DNA from: an uncultured Chloroflexia bacterium
GTDB taxonomy: Bacteria > Chloroflexota > Limnocylindria > Limnocylindrales > CSP1-4
Direction: 5' to 3'
Assembly: GCA_963713975.1 (NCBI GenBank)
Contig: OY970218.1
Span: 2,464,001-2,528,000 of the forward strand
DNA length: 64,000 bases
Shown: piece after piece, positions 47,998 through 58,303 of the stretch
Layout of the letters: the number at the start of each line of letters is the position of its first letter
Position numbering within the stretch: position 1 is the first letter of the stretch
Made by a program: the position numbers and the translations under genes
Notes under the pieces: model-generated
Told to the model about the DNA's origin: nothing
What the model saw: only the letters and a program-made list of their open reading frames with translations
Databases searched by the model: none

Positions 47998-48387
47998 ATG
48001 AAGATCGCCATCGTCACCGACGACGGACAGACCATCAGCGCCCACTTCGGCCGGGCCCGCGCCTACGCGGTGCTCACCGTCCGGGACGGTGAGGTGGTGG
48101 AGCGGGAGATGCGGCCCAAGTCGGCGCCGCACCTCGATCGCCAGCCCGGCCACGACGACGGGGACGCGTCACACGACGGTCCGGCCGCACACGCCCGTCA
48201 CGACCAGATGATCGCCCCCATCGCAGACTGCACCTACCTGATCGCGCGGGGGATGGGCCGCGGCGCCTACGACCGGATCACCCAGGCCGGGATCCAGGCG
48301 ATCGTCACCGACATCGTCCACGCGGACGAGGCGGCCCTCGCCTGCGCCGGCGGGACCATCGGGAACCTGGTGGACCGGCTCCACTGA
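47998..48387 (+). CDS. NifB/NifX-family metal-cluster-binding protein, second paralog
   Basis: MKIAI.TDDG.TISAHFGRA, His-rich loop, LIARGMG. Confidence 0.85.
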   Translation: MKIAIVTDDGQTISAHFGRARAYAVLTVRDGEVVEREMRPKSAPHLDRQPGHDDGDASHDGPAAHARHDQMIAPIADCTYLIARGMGRGAYDRITQAGIQAIVTDIVHADEAALACAGGTIGNLVDRLH

Positions 48388-48411
48388 ACCCGGACCGGCT
48401 CCACTGAACCC
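48372..48411 (+). repeat. Exact 20-bp tandem duplication spanning the stop codon
   Basis: GGACCGGCTCCACTGAACCC twice. Confidence 0.85.
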
Positions 48412-48497
48412 GGCCGGTGTGCCGGGGCACCACAGCCGGTGCCGCTACCGCCGTTCGGCCCCTTGCGCGCCGTCCCACACGGTGGTACAGGTGTGGC

Positions 48498-49031
48498 ATG
48501 ACGCTCACCTCGATGCACTTCCACGTGCCGCGCCGGCTCCCGGTGCTCCTGCTCGCGCTCGCCGTCATGGGGTCATTCGCCGCGGCCAGCCCCTCGACCA
48601 CCGATGGGCGCACCTATGTCAAGGTGTCCAGCCTGACCCGCGCGACCAAGGTGGATCGTGTGGTCGCCTCGCGCGTCAACATCAACCTGCCCATCCGCAA
48701 CGGCGTGATCGGCGGGACGGTGCGGGAGCGGATCGCCTACCACTACCCGGGAACCTCGTGGCCGGGCGGGGACTCGAACACCTACTTCTACGCGCATGCG
48801 CGCGTCGGATCGTTCCTCAACCTCAAGAAGATGCGCGTCGGCGACATCGTGCGCCTGCACCTGGTGTCGGGGGGCTGGGTCCGCTACAAGGTGACCCTGG
48901 TCAAGCGGGTCCGCTGGAACGACGGCAAGTGGACGCTGCTCACCTCGTCGGAGCGACTCACGCTCCAGACCTGCACAGGCAACACCAAGACCGCGGACCG
49001 TCTCGTCGTGGTGGCCAAGCCCCTCGATTGA
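48498..49031 (+). CDS. Sortase (class D/F-like)
   Basis: Catalytic His (YAHAR), LTLQTC Cys and DRLVV Arg; N-terminal anchor. Confidence 0.88.
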   Translation: MTLTSMHFHVPRRLPVLLLALAVMGSFAAASPSTTDGRTYVKVSSLTRATKVDRVVASRVNINLPIRNGVIGGTVRERIAYHYPGTSWPGGDSNTYFYAHARVGSFLNLKKMRVGDIVRLHLVSGGWVRYKVTLVKRVRWNDGKWTLLTSSERLTLQTCTGNTKTADRLVVVAKPLD

Positions 49032-49054
49032 CGCTGCGCGGATCGGCCCGTCGC

Positions 49055-49453
49055 TCAGGATCCGTTGACGGCCGGGGCCAGGCCCGCGGCGACGAGATCC
49101 GCGTCGAACGCGAACGCACGCCCGATCCCGTGACGCGCCGCGAACGCGATGCTCACGCGATCCACGAAGCTGGTACCGCCACCGATCCGGCGAACTTCTG
49201 ACAGGCACGCCTCGTGGAGGGGTCGATTGACCATCTCCACCCGCACCCCCGGCAGGAGATCGTCGACGAGGGCGACGATGGCCGCCGCCCCGAGCCGGGA
49301 CCGCACCAGTGCCACGGTCTCGACGACCACGTAGGCGTGGGTGACGAGATCCTCGTCGTCGGGATCCGTCCAGAAGGCAACGGCAGCCTCGTGATGCGCA
49401 TCGCTCCGGTCGAGCAGGGCATACAGCGCGCTGGTATCCACCACGACGCTCAC
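49055..49453 (-). CDS. vapC: PIN-domain VapC-type toxin
   Basis: VDTSAL, VVVE, SFVD and AFDAD acidic PIN motifs. Confidence 0.88.
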   Translation of the reverse strand: MSVVVDTSALYALLDRSDAHHEAAVAFWTDPDDEDLVTHAYVVVETVALVRSRLGAAAIVALVDDLLPGVRVEMVNRPLHEACLSEVRRIGGGTSFVDRVSIAFAARHGIGRAFAFDADLVAAGLAPAVNGS

Positions 49454-49692
49454 CACGAACCCTCGCCCAGGATCTCGTCGTGGCGCTCGGAGATGTCACT
49501 GCGCCCCGAGTCGAAGGTCCCAAGGACCGCCAGGGACCGACTGCGAGCGGCCCGGCGCGTCTCCAGGTCATCGGGGAACGTGGCGTCGACCGCCTCCCGG
49601 ACGAGCGCTCCGATGCTCGTGCGACGGCGTGCACCCTCGCGGGCAAGCCGCGCGTGCTGGGAATCCGTCAGTCCGATCGGTATGCGCCGCAC
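49450..49692 (-). CDS. CopG/RHH antitoxin (VapB-type)
   Basis: RHH-like SIGALVREAVD and C-terminal DISERHDEIL; GTGA overlap with the toxin; TATCAT 6 nt upstream of the GTG. Confidence 0.8.
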   Translation of the reverse strand: MRRIPIGLTDSQHARLAREGARRRTSIGALVREAVDATFPDDLETRRAARSRSLAVLGTFDSGRSDISERHDEILGEGSW

Positions 49693-49736
49693 GATGAAAT
49701 GATACCGCATGGGGTAGATCTGATATCACTGAGCGC

Positions 49737-50156
49737 CTATATCGGCCGCGTGCGGCGACGCAGGTGCACGGCGCCGGCGATCACCCCGACCGCGATCAGC
49801 GCCCCCGCCGCATCGATGGCGACATCGACCGCCGATGCATGCCGCCCGGAGACGACCGCCTGGTGGAGCTCGTCCGTCACGGCGTACAGGATCGTCAGCA
49901 GGAGCGCCCAGGCCCGCGGTCGACGCGTGCGGGTCGTCGTTGCGATGGCATGCCACACGAGCAGCGCAAGGATCCCGAACACGGCGGTGTGACCCAGCTT
50001 GCGCAGCGCGAAGTCGGCCGAGTCATCGGGGAGGAACCGCAGGTTCGCCTGCGCCGAGAACGCGAAGATGAGCGCCGCCCAGGCGACCGCTGGTGCCCAC
50101 GCGCGCAAGGCACCGCGATGCGCACCGGGGGGCTTGAGGCGACGCGTCGAGGCCAT
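49737..50156 (-). CDS. VanZ-family membrane protein
   Basis: IFAFS, RKLGH..VFG, YAVTDELHQ..V.GR, DVAID. Confidence 0.88.
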   Translation of the reverse strand: MASTRRLKPPGAHRGALRAWAPAVAWAALIFAFSAQANLRFLPDDSADFALRKLGHTAVFGILALLVWHAIATTTRTRRPRAWALLLTILYAVTDELHQAVVSGRHASAVDVAIDAAGALIAVGVIAGAVHLRRRTRPI

Positions 50157-50392
50157 GACCGCGAGGATAGCGGCGGTGCCGATCTGCAACGCAATTGGTA
50201 CCAAGGGCCCACTGGTCACTTGGCATCCGGACCGGGGGAAGTACTATCCGGTAAGTACTTATGCCTATCTCGCCCTGCTCATTTGGGGCGAGAGACCCGT
50301 CTCTGGGGGAGACCGATCGACGGTTCGGGCCGCGTCGCATCCTTGCGCACGGTCGTATTGCGTCATTCCGTGGCGCCGAGGGAGATGTCCGC

Positions 50393-53300
50393 ATGTTGCC
50401 CACCCTTTCCTTGCAGACTCCCGCCATCCGCCGCGCGCTCGTCGCATTCATGGCGTTCGCGATGGCCGTCACGACGTCGGTCGCGCCGGTGGCGCCTGTG
50501 GCCACTCCAGCCACAGCGGCAGGGTTCGGTGACCTCGCCTGTACGACACTGACGGCACTCCCTGTCTCAGCGAACACGGGCGAGAAGCCGCAGTCCAAGG
50601 TCTGGAAGCATGACGGCGCCTGGTGGGCGGTCCTTCCGACGACCGCCGCCACGCCAGGATCCGGGACGTGGCTCTGGAAGCTTGTCGGCGACACCTGGAC
50701 GAGCGTCATCAAGCTGTCCAACAACACCGACACGCACGCGGATGCTCTGAAGGTCGGCGCGGTCACGCACATCCTGCTGTACCGCGGCACGTCGTCCGAA
50801 CTGGTCTCGGTCGAGTACGGCGCCGGGACCTACGCTCCCTGGTCCCTCCGTCCAGCAGCCCAGGCCATCACGCTCGACAGCGGCGTCGAGACCGCCACCA
50901 TCGCCGTCGACTCAACGGGCCGCATGTGGTTGGCGTCTGCCGGAACCACCTCGGTCTACGTCCGCTCGAGCGTCTCGCCCTACACCACCTGGAACGCCCC
51001 GATCACGCTGGGAACCGGTGTCGCCGAAGACGACATTGCGGTCGTCACGGCGTTCGACGACGACAAGGTCGGTGTGCTCTGGTCGAACCAGAACACGGAG
51101 CGGTTCGGGTTCAAGGTTCACGCGGACGGCGACGCAGAGGGGACATGGTCGGCCGATGAGGTTCCCGCGGACGGGTCTGCCCAGAACATCGGCTTGGGCA
51201 TGGCCGACGACCACATGAACTTGGCGGTCGCGGCTGACGGCACCATCTATGCCGCCGTCAAGACCAGCTACGACACGGGCGGCTCGCCGAAGCTCGCCCT
51301 GCTCGTCCGCCGGCCCAGCGGGACGTGGGATCCGCTGTACGGCGTCTCCGAGAGCGGTACCCGCGGGATCGTCCTGCTCAACACGTCGGCCGACGAGCTG
51401 CTCTACCTCGCCACCTCGACCGAAGGCGCCGGCAACATCCTGGCGCGGACATCACCCACCGCGGCGATCAGCTTCGGTGCACCCACCACGCTCATGAGCG
51501 GCTCGTTCAACGAGGTCACCAGCACCAAACAGAACTACACCGATGACCTTGTCGTCCTCGCGAGCTCCGGGTCCACGAGCGCTGTGGGGCGGCACTGCAC
51601 GTCGGGCGCGCCGCCCGCCAACACCGCCCCCGTCGCCCAGGCCGGCGCGCTCTCCACGCCGATCAATACGGCCGGCAACGGCACCCTGGTCGCCACGGAC
51701 GCGGACAGCGATCCGCTGACGTACTCGATCGTCACCAATGGCACCAAGGGCACCGCCGTCGTCACCAATGCCGCGACGGGTGCCTACACCTACACCCCAA
51801 GCGCAGGCCAGACCGGCGCCGACAGCTTCACCTTCAAGGCGAACGACACACATGTCGACTCCAACACCGCCACGGTCTCGGTGACGATCACCTCCGGCGC
51901 GGTGGATCCCTCCCTCGTGGGCTGGTGGACGATGGACGAGACGGGCGGCACGACTGCGGCCGACTCCGGCGCCGCTCCGCTCAACACCGCGACGACCAGC
52001 GGAAACCCGACCTTCGTGCCCGGCAAGACCGGCAATGCCATCAGGCTCAACGGCACCAGCCAGTACGCGAGCGCGCCCGATGAGGCGTCACTCGACATTG
52101 CCAACGCCATCACGATGGCGGCCTGGGTCAAGCCCGGGCAGTACGACACGCAGGACATCATCGCCAAGGACATCAACGGCAGCGTCAACGGGTACCAGTT
52201 GTCGCTGGCCACGACCAAGTCCGGCGACGACTCCCAGCGGGCCTTTGTCCGCTTCAACCAGCAGACGAGCGGCGACACCTACCGTGTCAACGCGGTGACG
52301 ATGTACCCGATCGATGGCTCGTGGCAGCATGTCGCGGCCACCTACGACGGCGCCACGATCAAGCTCTACATCGATGGCACCCTGGAAGGGTCGATGCCCT
52401 GGACCGGAACGATCGCGACCAACAGCACCGCCCTGGGGATCGGCGCCCAGAGCGACAACACCCGGTGGCTCGACGGTGACCTGGACGACGTCCGCCTCTA
52501 CAACCGCGCCCTGAGCGCCGTCGAGATCCTGGCCCTGGCGGCTCCGGGCAACAGCGCTCCCGTCGCCCAGGCCGGCGCGCTCTCCACGCCGATCAACACG
52601 GTCGGCAACGGCACCCTGGTCGCCACGGACGCGGACAGCGATCCGCTGACCTACTCGACCGTCACCACCGGCACCAAGGGGACCGCCGTCGTCACCAATG
52701 CCTCGACGGGTGCCTACACCTACACCCCCATGGCAGGCCAGACCGGCGCCGACAGCTTCACCTTCCGGGCGTACGACGGCACGGCCTATTCGAACACCGC
52801 CACGGTGTCGGTGACGATCACCGACCCGTCTGCTGACGTGGTCATGGTGGGCGCCGGCGACATCTCGGACTCCGGCACGGGCGACACGCAGACGGCCGCG
52901 CTCATCAACGCGCTGCCAAGTGCCACAGTGTTCACGCTCGGCGACAACGCGTATCCGGACGGATCGGCCAGCAACTTCTCCACCTACTACGAGCCGACCT
53001 GGGGGGCCTTCAAGGCCCGCACGTACCCGTCCGTGGGCAACCACGACTGGACCAACAGCGCCACCGGGTACTTCCCGGAGTTCGCCTCCACGCTCGCCGG
53101 CGTCTCGCCGGCCGGATCGCCCAACGGCTACTACAGTTACGATCAGGGCACCTACTGGCACGTCATCGTGCTCAACACGGAGATCGACTATTCGGCGGGC
53201 TCGGCCCAGGAGATCTGGTTGAGGGCGGACCTCGCGGCGAACGCGTCGAAGAACGTCCTTGCCTACTGGCATCGGCCGATGTTCAGTTCGGGCAACGTCC

Positions 53301-56300
53301 ACGGCACCGAAGTCCTGGATCGCGTGATCTGGGACGACCTCTACGAGTTCGGAGCCGACCTCGTGCTCAACGGTCACGAGCACTGGTACGAGCGCTTTGC
53401 GCCGCAGACCCCGGACGGCGTCGCCGACGCTGCCTACGGCATCCGGCAGATCACGTGCGGCACCGGCGGCGGTCCCCGCTACTCGCTCGGGACACTGGAT
53501 GCAAACAGTGAGGTCCATGACGGATCCACCTGGGGCGTCTGCAAGCTGACCCTCCGGGAATTCGGCTACGACTATGAGTTCATCCCGGTCGCTGGCGGAA
53601 TCTTCACGGACTCCGGTAGCGGTGCCGTCCACAACGCCCCGCCCCCCATCACGAACTTCGGACTCCAGTTCGACGGCACGAACGACTACGTGACGTTCGG
53701 GGCCGCGCCAGGCCTCAACGCAGCGAACTTCACCGTTGAGACCTGGTTCAAGTGGACGGGCGGTGGAGCCACCACGACCACCGGTTCCGGCGGCATCCCC
53801 GACGCCATCCCGCTGGTGGCGAAGGGGGCCCAGCAGGCCGAAGGCTCCAACGTCGACATGAACTACTTCCTGGGCATCAAGGCCGGCACCGGCACGCTGG
53901 TCGCGGACTTTGAGGAAGGCGTCGGCGGCAGCGGCCCGTTGGGCCAGAACCACCCGATCGTCAGCACCGCCCCGATCACGACCAACGTCTGGCACCACGC
54001 CGCCGCGACGTATGACGGCACGACCTGGAACCTCTACCTGGACGGCGTCAACGTCGGCACCGCCACCATCGGCGAGCCGGTTCGCTCCGACAGTATCCAG
54101 CACGCCTCTCTTGGGTCGTCGCTCAACACGACGGGCGGGACCAACGGCTTCTTCGAGGGCACGCTTGACGAAGCCCGCATCTGGAACGTCGCCCGCAGTC
54201 AGGTGCAGATCCAGGGAACGATGAACAGTGAGATCACCAGCGGGACGGGGCTTCTTGCCCGCTGGGGCCTCGACGAGGGGACCGGAACGAGCGTCGCGAG
54301 CTCGGTCGGCACCTTCCCCGGCACGCTTACGAATGGTCCGACGTGGGTCCCGGGGTTCGTCCCGACCGGACCCGTGGCCCCGGTCTGTTCCGCCGTCGCC
54401 ATGACCACGCCGCTCAACACCGCGGCCGATGCGGCCCCCGCCTGCTCCGATGCGAACAGCGATCCGCTGACCTACACGATCGTCGGTGCGGCATCGCACG
54501 GGACGGCAACTGTCGCGTCGGGCCAGCTGCACTACGTGCCGACGACCGGATACAGCGGCCCGGACAGCTTCACCTACCGTGCCTATGACGGCTCCGCCTA
54601 TTCGAATACCGCAACGGTGACCGTTACGGTCACAGCCCCTGTCACAAACTACGGCCTCCAGTTCGACGGCAGCAACGACTACGTGACGTTCGGCCAGGCG
54701 ACCTCGACCCTGGGGGCGTCGACATTCACGCTGGAGGCGTGGGTCAACCGCGGCGCTGGCGGCGACCTCATGGGCACCGGGACGGGTGGCCTGGGATCCG
54801 GCACCATCCCGCAGGCATACCCGGTCCTCACCAAGGGCTGCGGCGAGGGCGACGGTTCCAACGTGGACATGAACTACTGGCTTGGGGTCACGTCGACCGG
54901 CGTCATCGCGGCCGACTTCGAGGCGGACCCAGGAGGGCAGAACTACCCCGTCATCGGGACCAACAGCTTCCCGACGGGCGAGTGGCATCACATCGCGGCA
55001 ACCTACGACGGACAGGTCTGGCGGCTGTATCTCGACGGTGCCCTAGACACGGAATTGGATCTTGGCACTGCCCGCGCGCCGCGCGATGACAGCATCCAGA
55101 ACGCTGCCATCGGGACCTCACTACTCTCGACCGGGATCCCCGGAACTGGCAGCAGTTCTTGCCAGGGCTATTTCTCGGGCGCGATCGACGAGGCCCGTGT
55201 CTGGAACGTGGTTCGAACCGGCGGCGAGATTGATGCCTCCTGGGATACCGAGATCACCGGGCCCACCACCGGCCTCCTCGGCCGCTGGGGCATGAACGAG
55301 GGCTCCGGAACGACGATCGCGAGCTCCGTCGCGACGATCCCCGGAACACTCACGAATGGCCCCACCTGGGTCCCGGGGTTCGTGCCGACCGGCGGCAACC
55401 TGCCGCCCTCCGCCCCGACCAACCCGGCGCCCGCAAACGGTGCGACCGGCGTCGCCGCGTCACCCACCCTTACCGTCGACGTCGCTCCTGACCCGGACGG
55501 CGATCCGCAGACGGTGACGTTCTTCGGGCGGCCCAAGCCGACGGCAGGAGAGGACTTCACGCTCGTCGTCCTGCCGGACACGCAGCACTACACCGACGTC
55601 GACGAGGCCCGGGCGAACGTCTACCGCGCCCAGACCCAGTGGATCGTCGACAAGGAGTCCGATCTCAACATCGCCTTCGTCAGCCACCTGGGCGACATCA
55701 CGGAGCACTTCGACAGCGTCGAGGTCGAGTGGCAGCGTGCCGACTCCGCGATGGACACGCTGGACAACAACGGGGTGCCAAACGCGGTCTCGCCAGGCAA
55801 CCACGACCTCAGCAGCCTCGCGGCGACCTCCGTCTACTACGACCAGTACTTCCCGCCCAGCCGCTATGACCTGCCGGCCAACCCCTGGTACGGCGGATGG
55901 CTGGGAGAAGAGGCCGGACAGACCCAGCGCCTGAACAAGGACAACTACGAGCTGTTCACGGCCGGCGGGATCGACTTCCTGATCATCCACCTCGAGGTGG
56001 ACATGCCGACCTACGCGGTCGCATGGGCGAACGACATCATCAGCCGCTACCCGGACCGCCAGGTCATCCTCAGCACCCACGCGTTCGTGGACACGAGCGG
56101 CAACCGGCCGAACTCGCTGATCACCGGGCGGTCGGACGGCATGACCGCATCTGCCGTCTGGACCCAGCTGATCTATCCCAACTGCAACGTGGTCATGGTC
56201 GTCAACGGGCACTACCCGGGCGAGGGTCGCACGACCACGAACAACTCCTGTGGCCAGCCCGTCCATCAGGTCCTGACCGACTACCAGAGCCGCACCAACG

Positions 56301-58303
56301 GTGGTGACGGCTGGCTGCGCTACTACGTGTTCAAGCCGGCGGCGGCCACCATCGAGGCCTACACCTACAAGGTTCCGCAGGGCGCCACCCTCGGCTCGTT
56401 CGAGGTTGACAGCTCCAGCCAGTTCACGCTGGCGTGGCCGGCAGCGGGGACCGCGTCGGCACCGTTCACGGAGATCGGGGACGCGCCGGTGTCCGGAGGC
56501 ACGGCCTCCATCTCGTGGCCAGGCCTTGACGCGGACACCGAGTACGAGTGGTACGCGGTCGCCAACGACGGCACCGCCACGACACCGAGCGCGACGTGGT
56601 CGTTCACGACGGGTACGGCCGCTCCTGGCACCTTCACCCTGTCGGGCGCGGTCACCGCGGGCGGCTCGCCGCTCCCGGGTGCCACCGTCCACGTCATCCT
56701 CGACGACGGGACCTACATCGGCAACACCGCCAGCGTCGCCGGCGGGGCGTACAGCATCACCCTGGCCCCCGGCACCTACAAGCTGTGGATCCAGCCCAAC
56801 GAGCCGGGCTACGGCGACCAGTACTTCGGCGGCGCCGACCTCGGCACTGCGACGCCCATCGGGGTCAGCGCCAACACCGTCGCGGACGTCCCGCTGGTCG
56901 GGGGCCCCTCGACCTTCACCCTGTCGGGCGCGGTCACCGCGGGCGGCTCGCCGCTCCCGGGTGCCACCGTCCACGTCATCCTCGACGACGGGACCTACAT
57001 CGGCAACACCGCCAGCGTCGCCGGCGGGGCGTACAGCATCACCCTGGCCCCCGGCACCTACAAGCTGTGGATCCAGCCCAACGAGCCGGGCTACGGCGAC
57101 CAGTACTTCGGCGGCGCCGACCTCGGCACTGCGACGCCCATCGGGGTCAGCGCCAACACCGTCGCGGACGTCCCGCTGGTCGGGGGCCCCTCGACCTTCA
57201 CCCTGTCGGGCGCGGTCACCGCGGGCGGCTCGCCGCTCCCGGGTGCCACCGTCCACGTCATCCTCGACGACGGGACCTACATCGGCAACACCGCCAGCGT
57301 CGCCGGCGGGGCGTACAGCATCACCCTGGCCCCCGGCACCTACAAGCTGTGGATCCAGCCCAACGAGCCGGGCTACGGCGACCAGTACTTCGGCGGCGCC
57401 GACCTCGGCACTGCGACGCCCATCCCGTTTGCCGGTGACACGATGCAGAACATCGCATTGGTGGTCACCCTGTCGGGCGCGGTCACCGCGGGCGGCTCGC
57501 CGCTCCCGGGTGCCACCGTCCACGTCATCCTCGACGACGGGACCTACATCGGCAACACCGCCAGCGTCGCCGGCGGGGCGTACAGCATCACCCTGGCCCC
57601 CGGCACCTACAAGCTGTGGATCCAGCCCAACGAGCCGGGCTACGGCGACCAGTACTTCGGCGGCGCCGACCTCGGCACTGCGACGCCCATCGGGGTCAGC
57701 GCCAACACCGTCGCGGACGTCCCGCTGGTCGGGGGCCCCTCGACCTTCACCCTGTCGGGCGCGGTCACCGCGGGCGGCTCGCCGCTCCCGGGTGCCACCG
57801 TCCACGTCATCCTCGACGACGGGACCTACATCGGCAACACCGCCAGCGTCGCCGGCGGGGCGTACAGCATCACCCTGGCCCCCGGCACCTACAAGCTGTG
57901 GATCCAGCCCAACGAGCCGGGCTACGGCGACCAGTACTTCGGCGGCGCCGACCTCGGCACTGCGACGCCCATCGGGGTCAGCGCCAACACCGTCGCGGAC
58001 GTCCCGCTGGTCGGGGGCCCCTCGACCTTCACCCTGTCGGGCGCGGTCACCGCGGGCGGCTCGCCGCTCCCGGGTGCCACCGTCCACGTCATCCTCGACG
58101 ACGGGACCTACATCGGCAACACCGCCAGCGTCGCCGGCGGGGCGTACAGCATCACCCTGGCCCCCGGCACCTACAAGCTGTGGATCCAGCCCAACGAGCC
58201 GGGCTACGGCGACCAGTACTTCGGCGGCGCCGACCTCGGCACTGCGACGCCCATCGGGGTCAGCGCCAACACCGTCGCGGACGTCCCGCTGGTCGGATCT
58301 TGA
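50393..58303 (+). CDS. Giant secreted multidomain protein (about 2636 aa): propeller-like N-terminus, Ig/cadherin-like repeats, 3 LamG, 2 metallophosphoesterase domains, 6 C-terminal carboxypeptidase-regulatory-like repeats
   Basis: Signal peptide; GAGDI/GDNAY/GNHD/NGHEH and PDTQ/HLGD/GNHD/NGH phosphoesterase motifs; WQHVAATYDG LamG motifs; GGAG RBS before ATG 50393. Confidence 0.88.
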   Translation: MLPTLSLQTPAIRRALVAFMAFAMAVTTSVAPVAPVATPATAAGFGDLACTTLTALPVSANTGEKPQSKVWKHDGAWWAVLPTTAATPGSGTWLWKLVGDTWTSVIKLSNNTDTHADALKVGAVTHILLYRGTSSELVSVEYGAGTYAPWSLRPAAQAITLDSGVETATIAVDSTGRMWLASAGTTSVYVRSSVSPYTTWNAPITLGTGVAEDDIAVVTAFDDDKVGVLWSNQNTERFGFKVHADGDAEGTWSADEVPADGSAQNIGLGMADDHMNLAVAADGTIYAAVKTSYDTGGSPKLALLVRRPSGTWDPLYGVSESGTRGIVLLNTSADELLYLATSTEGAGNILARTSPTAAISFGAPTTLMSGSFNEVTSTKQNYTDDLVVLASSGSTSAVGRHCTSGAPPANTAPVAQAGALSTPINTAGNGTLVATDADSDPLTYSIVTNGTKGTAVVTNAATGAYTYTPSAGQTGADSFTFKANDTHVDSNTATVSVTITSGAVDPSLVGWWTMDETGGTTAADSGAAPLNTATTSGNPTFVPGKTGNAIRLNGTSQYASAPDEASLDIANAITMAAWVKPGQYDTQDIIAKDINGSVNGYQLSLATTKSGDDSQRAFVRFNQQTSGDTYRVNAVTMYPIDGSWQHVAATYDGATIKLYIDGTLEGSMPWTGTIATNSTALGIGAQSDNTRWLDGDLDDVRLYNRALSAVEILALAAPGNSAPVAQAGALSTPINTVGNGTLVATDADSDPLTYSTVTTGTKGTAVVTNASTGAYTYTPMAGQTGADSFTFRAYDGTAYSNTATVSVTITDPSADVVMVGAGDISDSGTGDTQTAALINALPSATVFTLGDNAYPDGSASNFSTYYEPTWGAFKARTYPSVGNHDWTNSATGYFPEFASTLAGVSPAGSPNGYYSYDQGTYWHVIVLNTEIDYSAGSAQEIWLRADLAANASKNVLAYWHRPMFSSGNVHGTEVLDRVIWDDLYEFGADLVLNGHEHWYERFAPQTPDGVADAAYGIRQITCGTGGGPRYSLGTLDANSEVHDGSTWGVCKLTLREFGYDYEFIPVAGGIFTDSGSGAVHNAPPPITNFGLQFDGTNDYVTFGAAPGLNAANFTVETWFKWTGGGATTTTGSGGIPDAIPLVAKGAQQAEGSNVDMNYFLGIKAGTGTLVADFEEGVGGSGPLGQNHPIVSTAPITTNVWHHAAATYDGTTWNLYLDGVNVGTATIGEPVRSDSIQHASLGSSLNTTGGTNGFFEGTLDEARIWNVARSQVQIQGTMNSEITSGTGLLARWGLDEGTGTSVASSVGTFPGTLTNGPTWVPGFVPTGPVAPVCSAVAMTTPLNTAADAAPACSDANSDPLTYTIVGAASHGTATVASGQLHYVPTTGYSGPDSFTYRAYDGSAYSNTATVTVTVTAPVTNYGLQFDGSNDYVTFGQATSTLGASTFTLEAWVNRGAGGDLMGTGTGGLGSGTIPQAYPVLTKGCGEGDGSNVDMNYWLGVTSTGVIAADFEADPGGQNYPVIGTNSFPTGEWHHIAATYDGQVWRLYLDGALDTELDLGTARAPRDDSIQNAAIGTSLLSTGIPGTGSSSCQGYFSGAIDEARVWNVVRTGGEIDASWDTEITGPTTGLLGRWGMNEGSGTTIASSVATIPGTLTNGPTWVPGFVPTGGNLPPSAPTNPAPANGATGVAASPTLTVDVAPDPDGDPQTVTFFGRPKPTAGEDFTLVVLPDTQHYTDVDEARANVYRAQTQWIVDKESDLNIAFVSHLGDITEHFDSVEVEWQRADSAMDTLDNNGVPNAVSPGNHDLSSLAATSVYYDQYFPPSRYDLPANPWYGGWLGEEAGQTQRLNKDNYELFTAGGIDFLIIHLEVDMPTYAVAWANDIISRYPDRQVILSTHAFVDTSGNRPNSLITGRSDGMTASAVWTQLIYPNCNVVMVVNGHYPGEGRTTTNNSCGQPVHQVLTDYQSRTNGGDGWLRYYVFKPAAATIEAYTYKVPQGATLGSFEVDSSSQFTLAWPAAGTASAPFTEIGDAPVSGGTASISWPGLDADTEYEWYAVANDGTATTPSATWSFTTGTAAPGTFTLSGAVTAGGSPLPGATVHVILDDGTYIGNTASVAGGAYSITLAPGTYKLWIQPNEPGYGDQYFGGADLGTATPIGVSANTVADVPLVGGPSTFTLSGAVTAGGSPLPGATVHVILDDGTYIGNTASVAGGAYSITLAPGTYKLWIQPNEPGYGDQYFGGADLGTATPIGVSANTVADVPLVGGPSTFTLSGAVTAGGSPLPGATVHVILDDGTYIGNTASVAGGAYSITLAPGTYKLWIQPNEPGYGDQYFGGADLGTATPIPFAGDTMQNIALVVTLSGAVTAGGSPLPGATVHVILDDGTYIGNTASVAGGAYSITLAPGTYKLWIQPNEPGYGDQYFGGADLGTATPIGVSANTVADVPLVGGPSTFTLSGAVTAGGSPLPGATVHVILDDGTYIGNTASVAGGAYSITLAPGTYKLWIQPNEPGYGDQYFGGADLGTATPIGVSANTVADVPLVGGPSTFTLSGAVTAGGSPLPGATVHVILDDGTYIGNTASVAGGAYSITLAPGTYKLWIQPNEPGYGDQYFGGADLGTATPIGVSANTVADVPLVGS
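56630..58296 (+). repeat. Six intragenic ~282-bp (94 aa) repeats, identical by eye except the end of unit 3
   Basis: Unit starts at 56630, 56912, 57194, about 57467, 57743 and 58025. Confidence 0.92.

Noticed and set aside
43703-48387. Nitrogen fixation genes
   Set aside because: Only stand-alone NifB/NifX-like domains; no nifHDK or nifEN in the window
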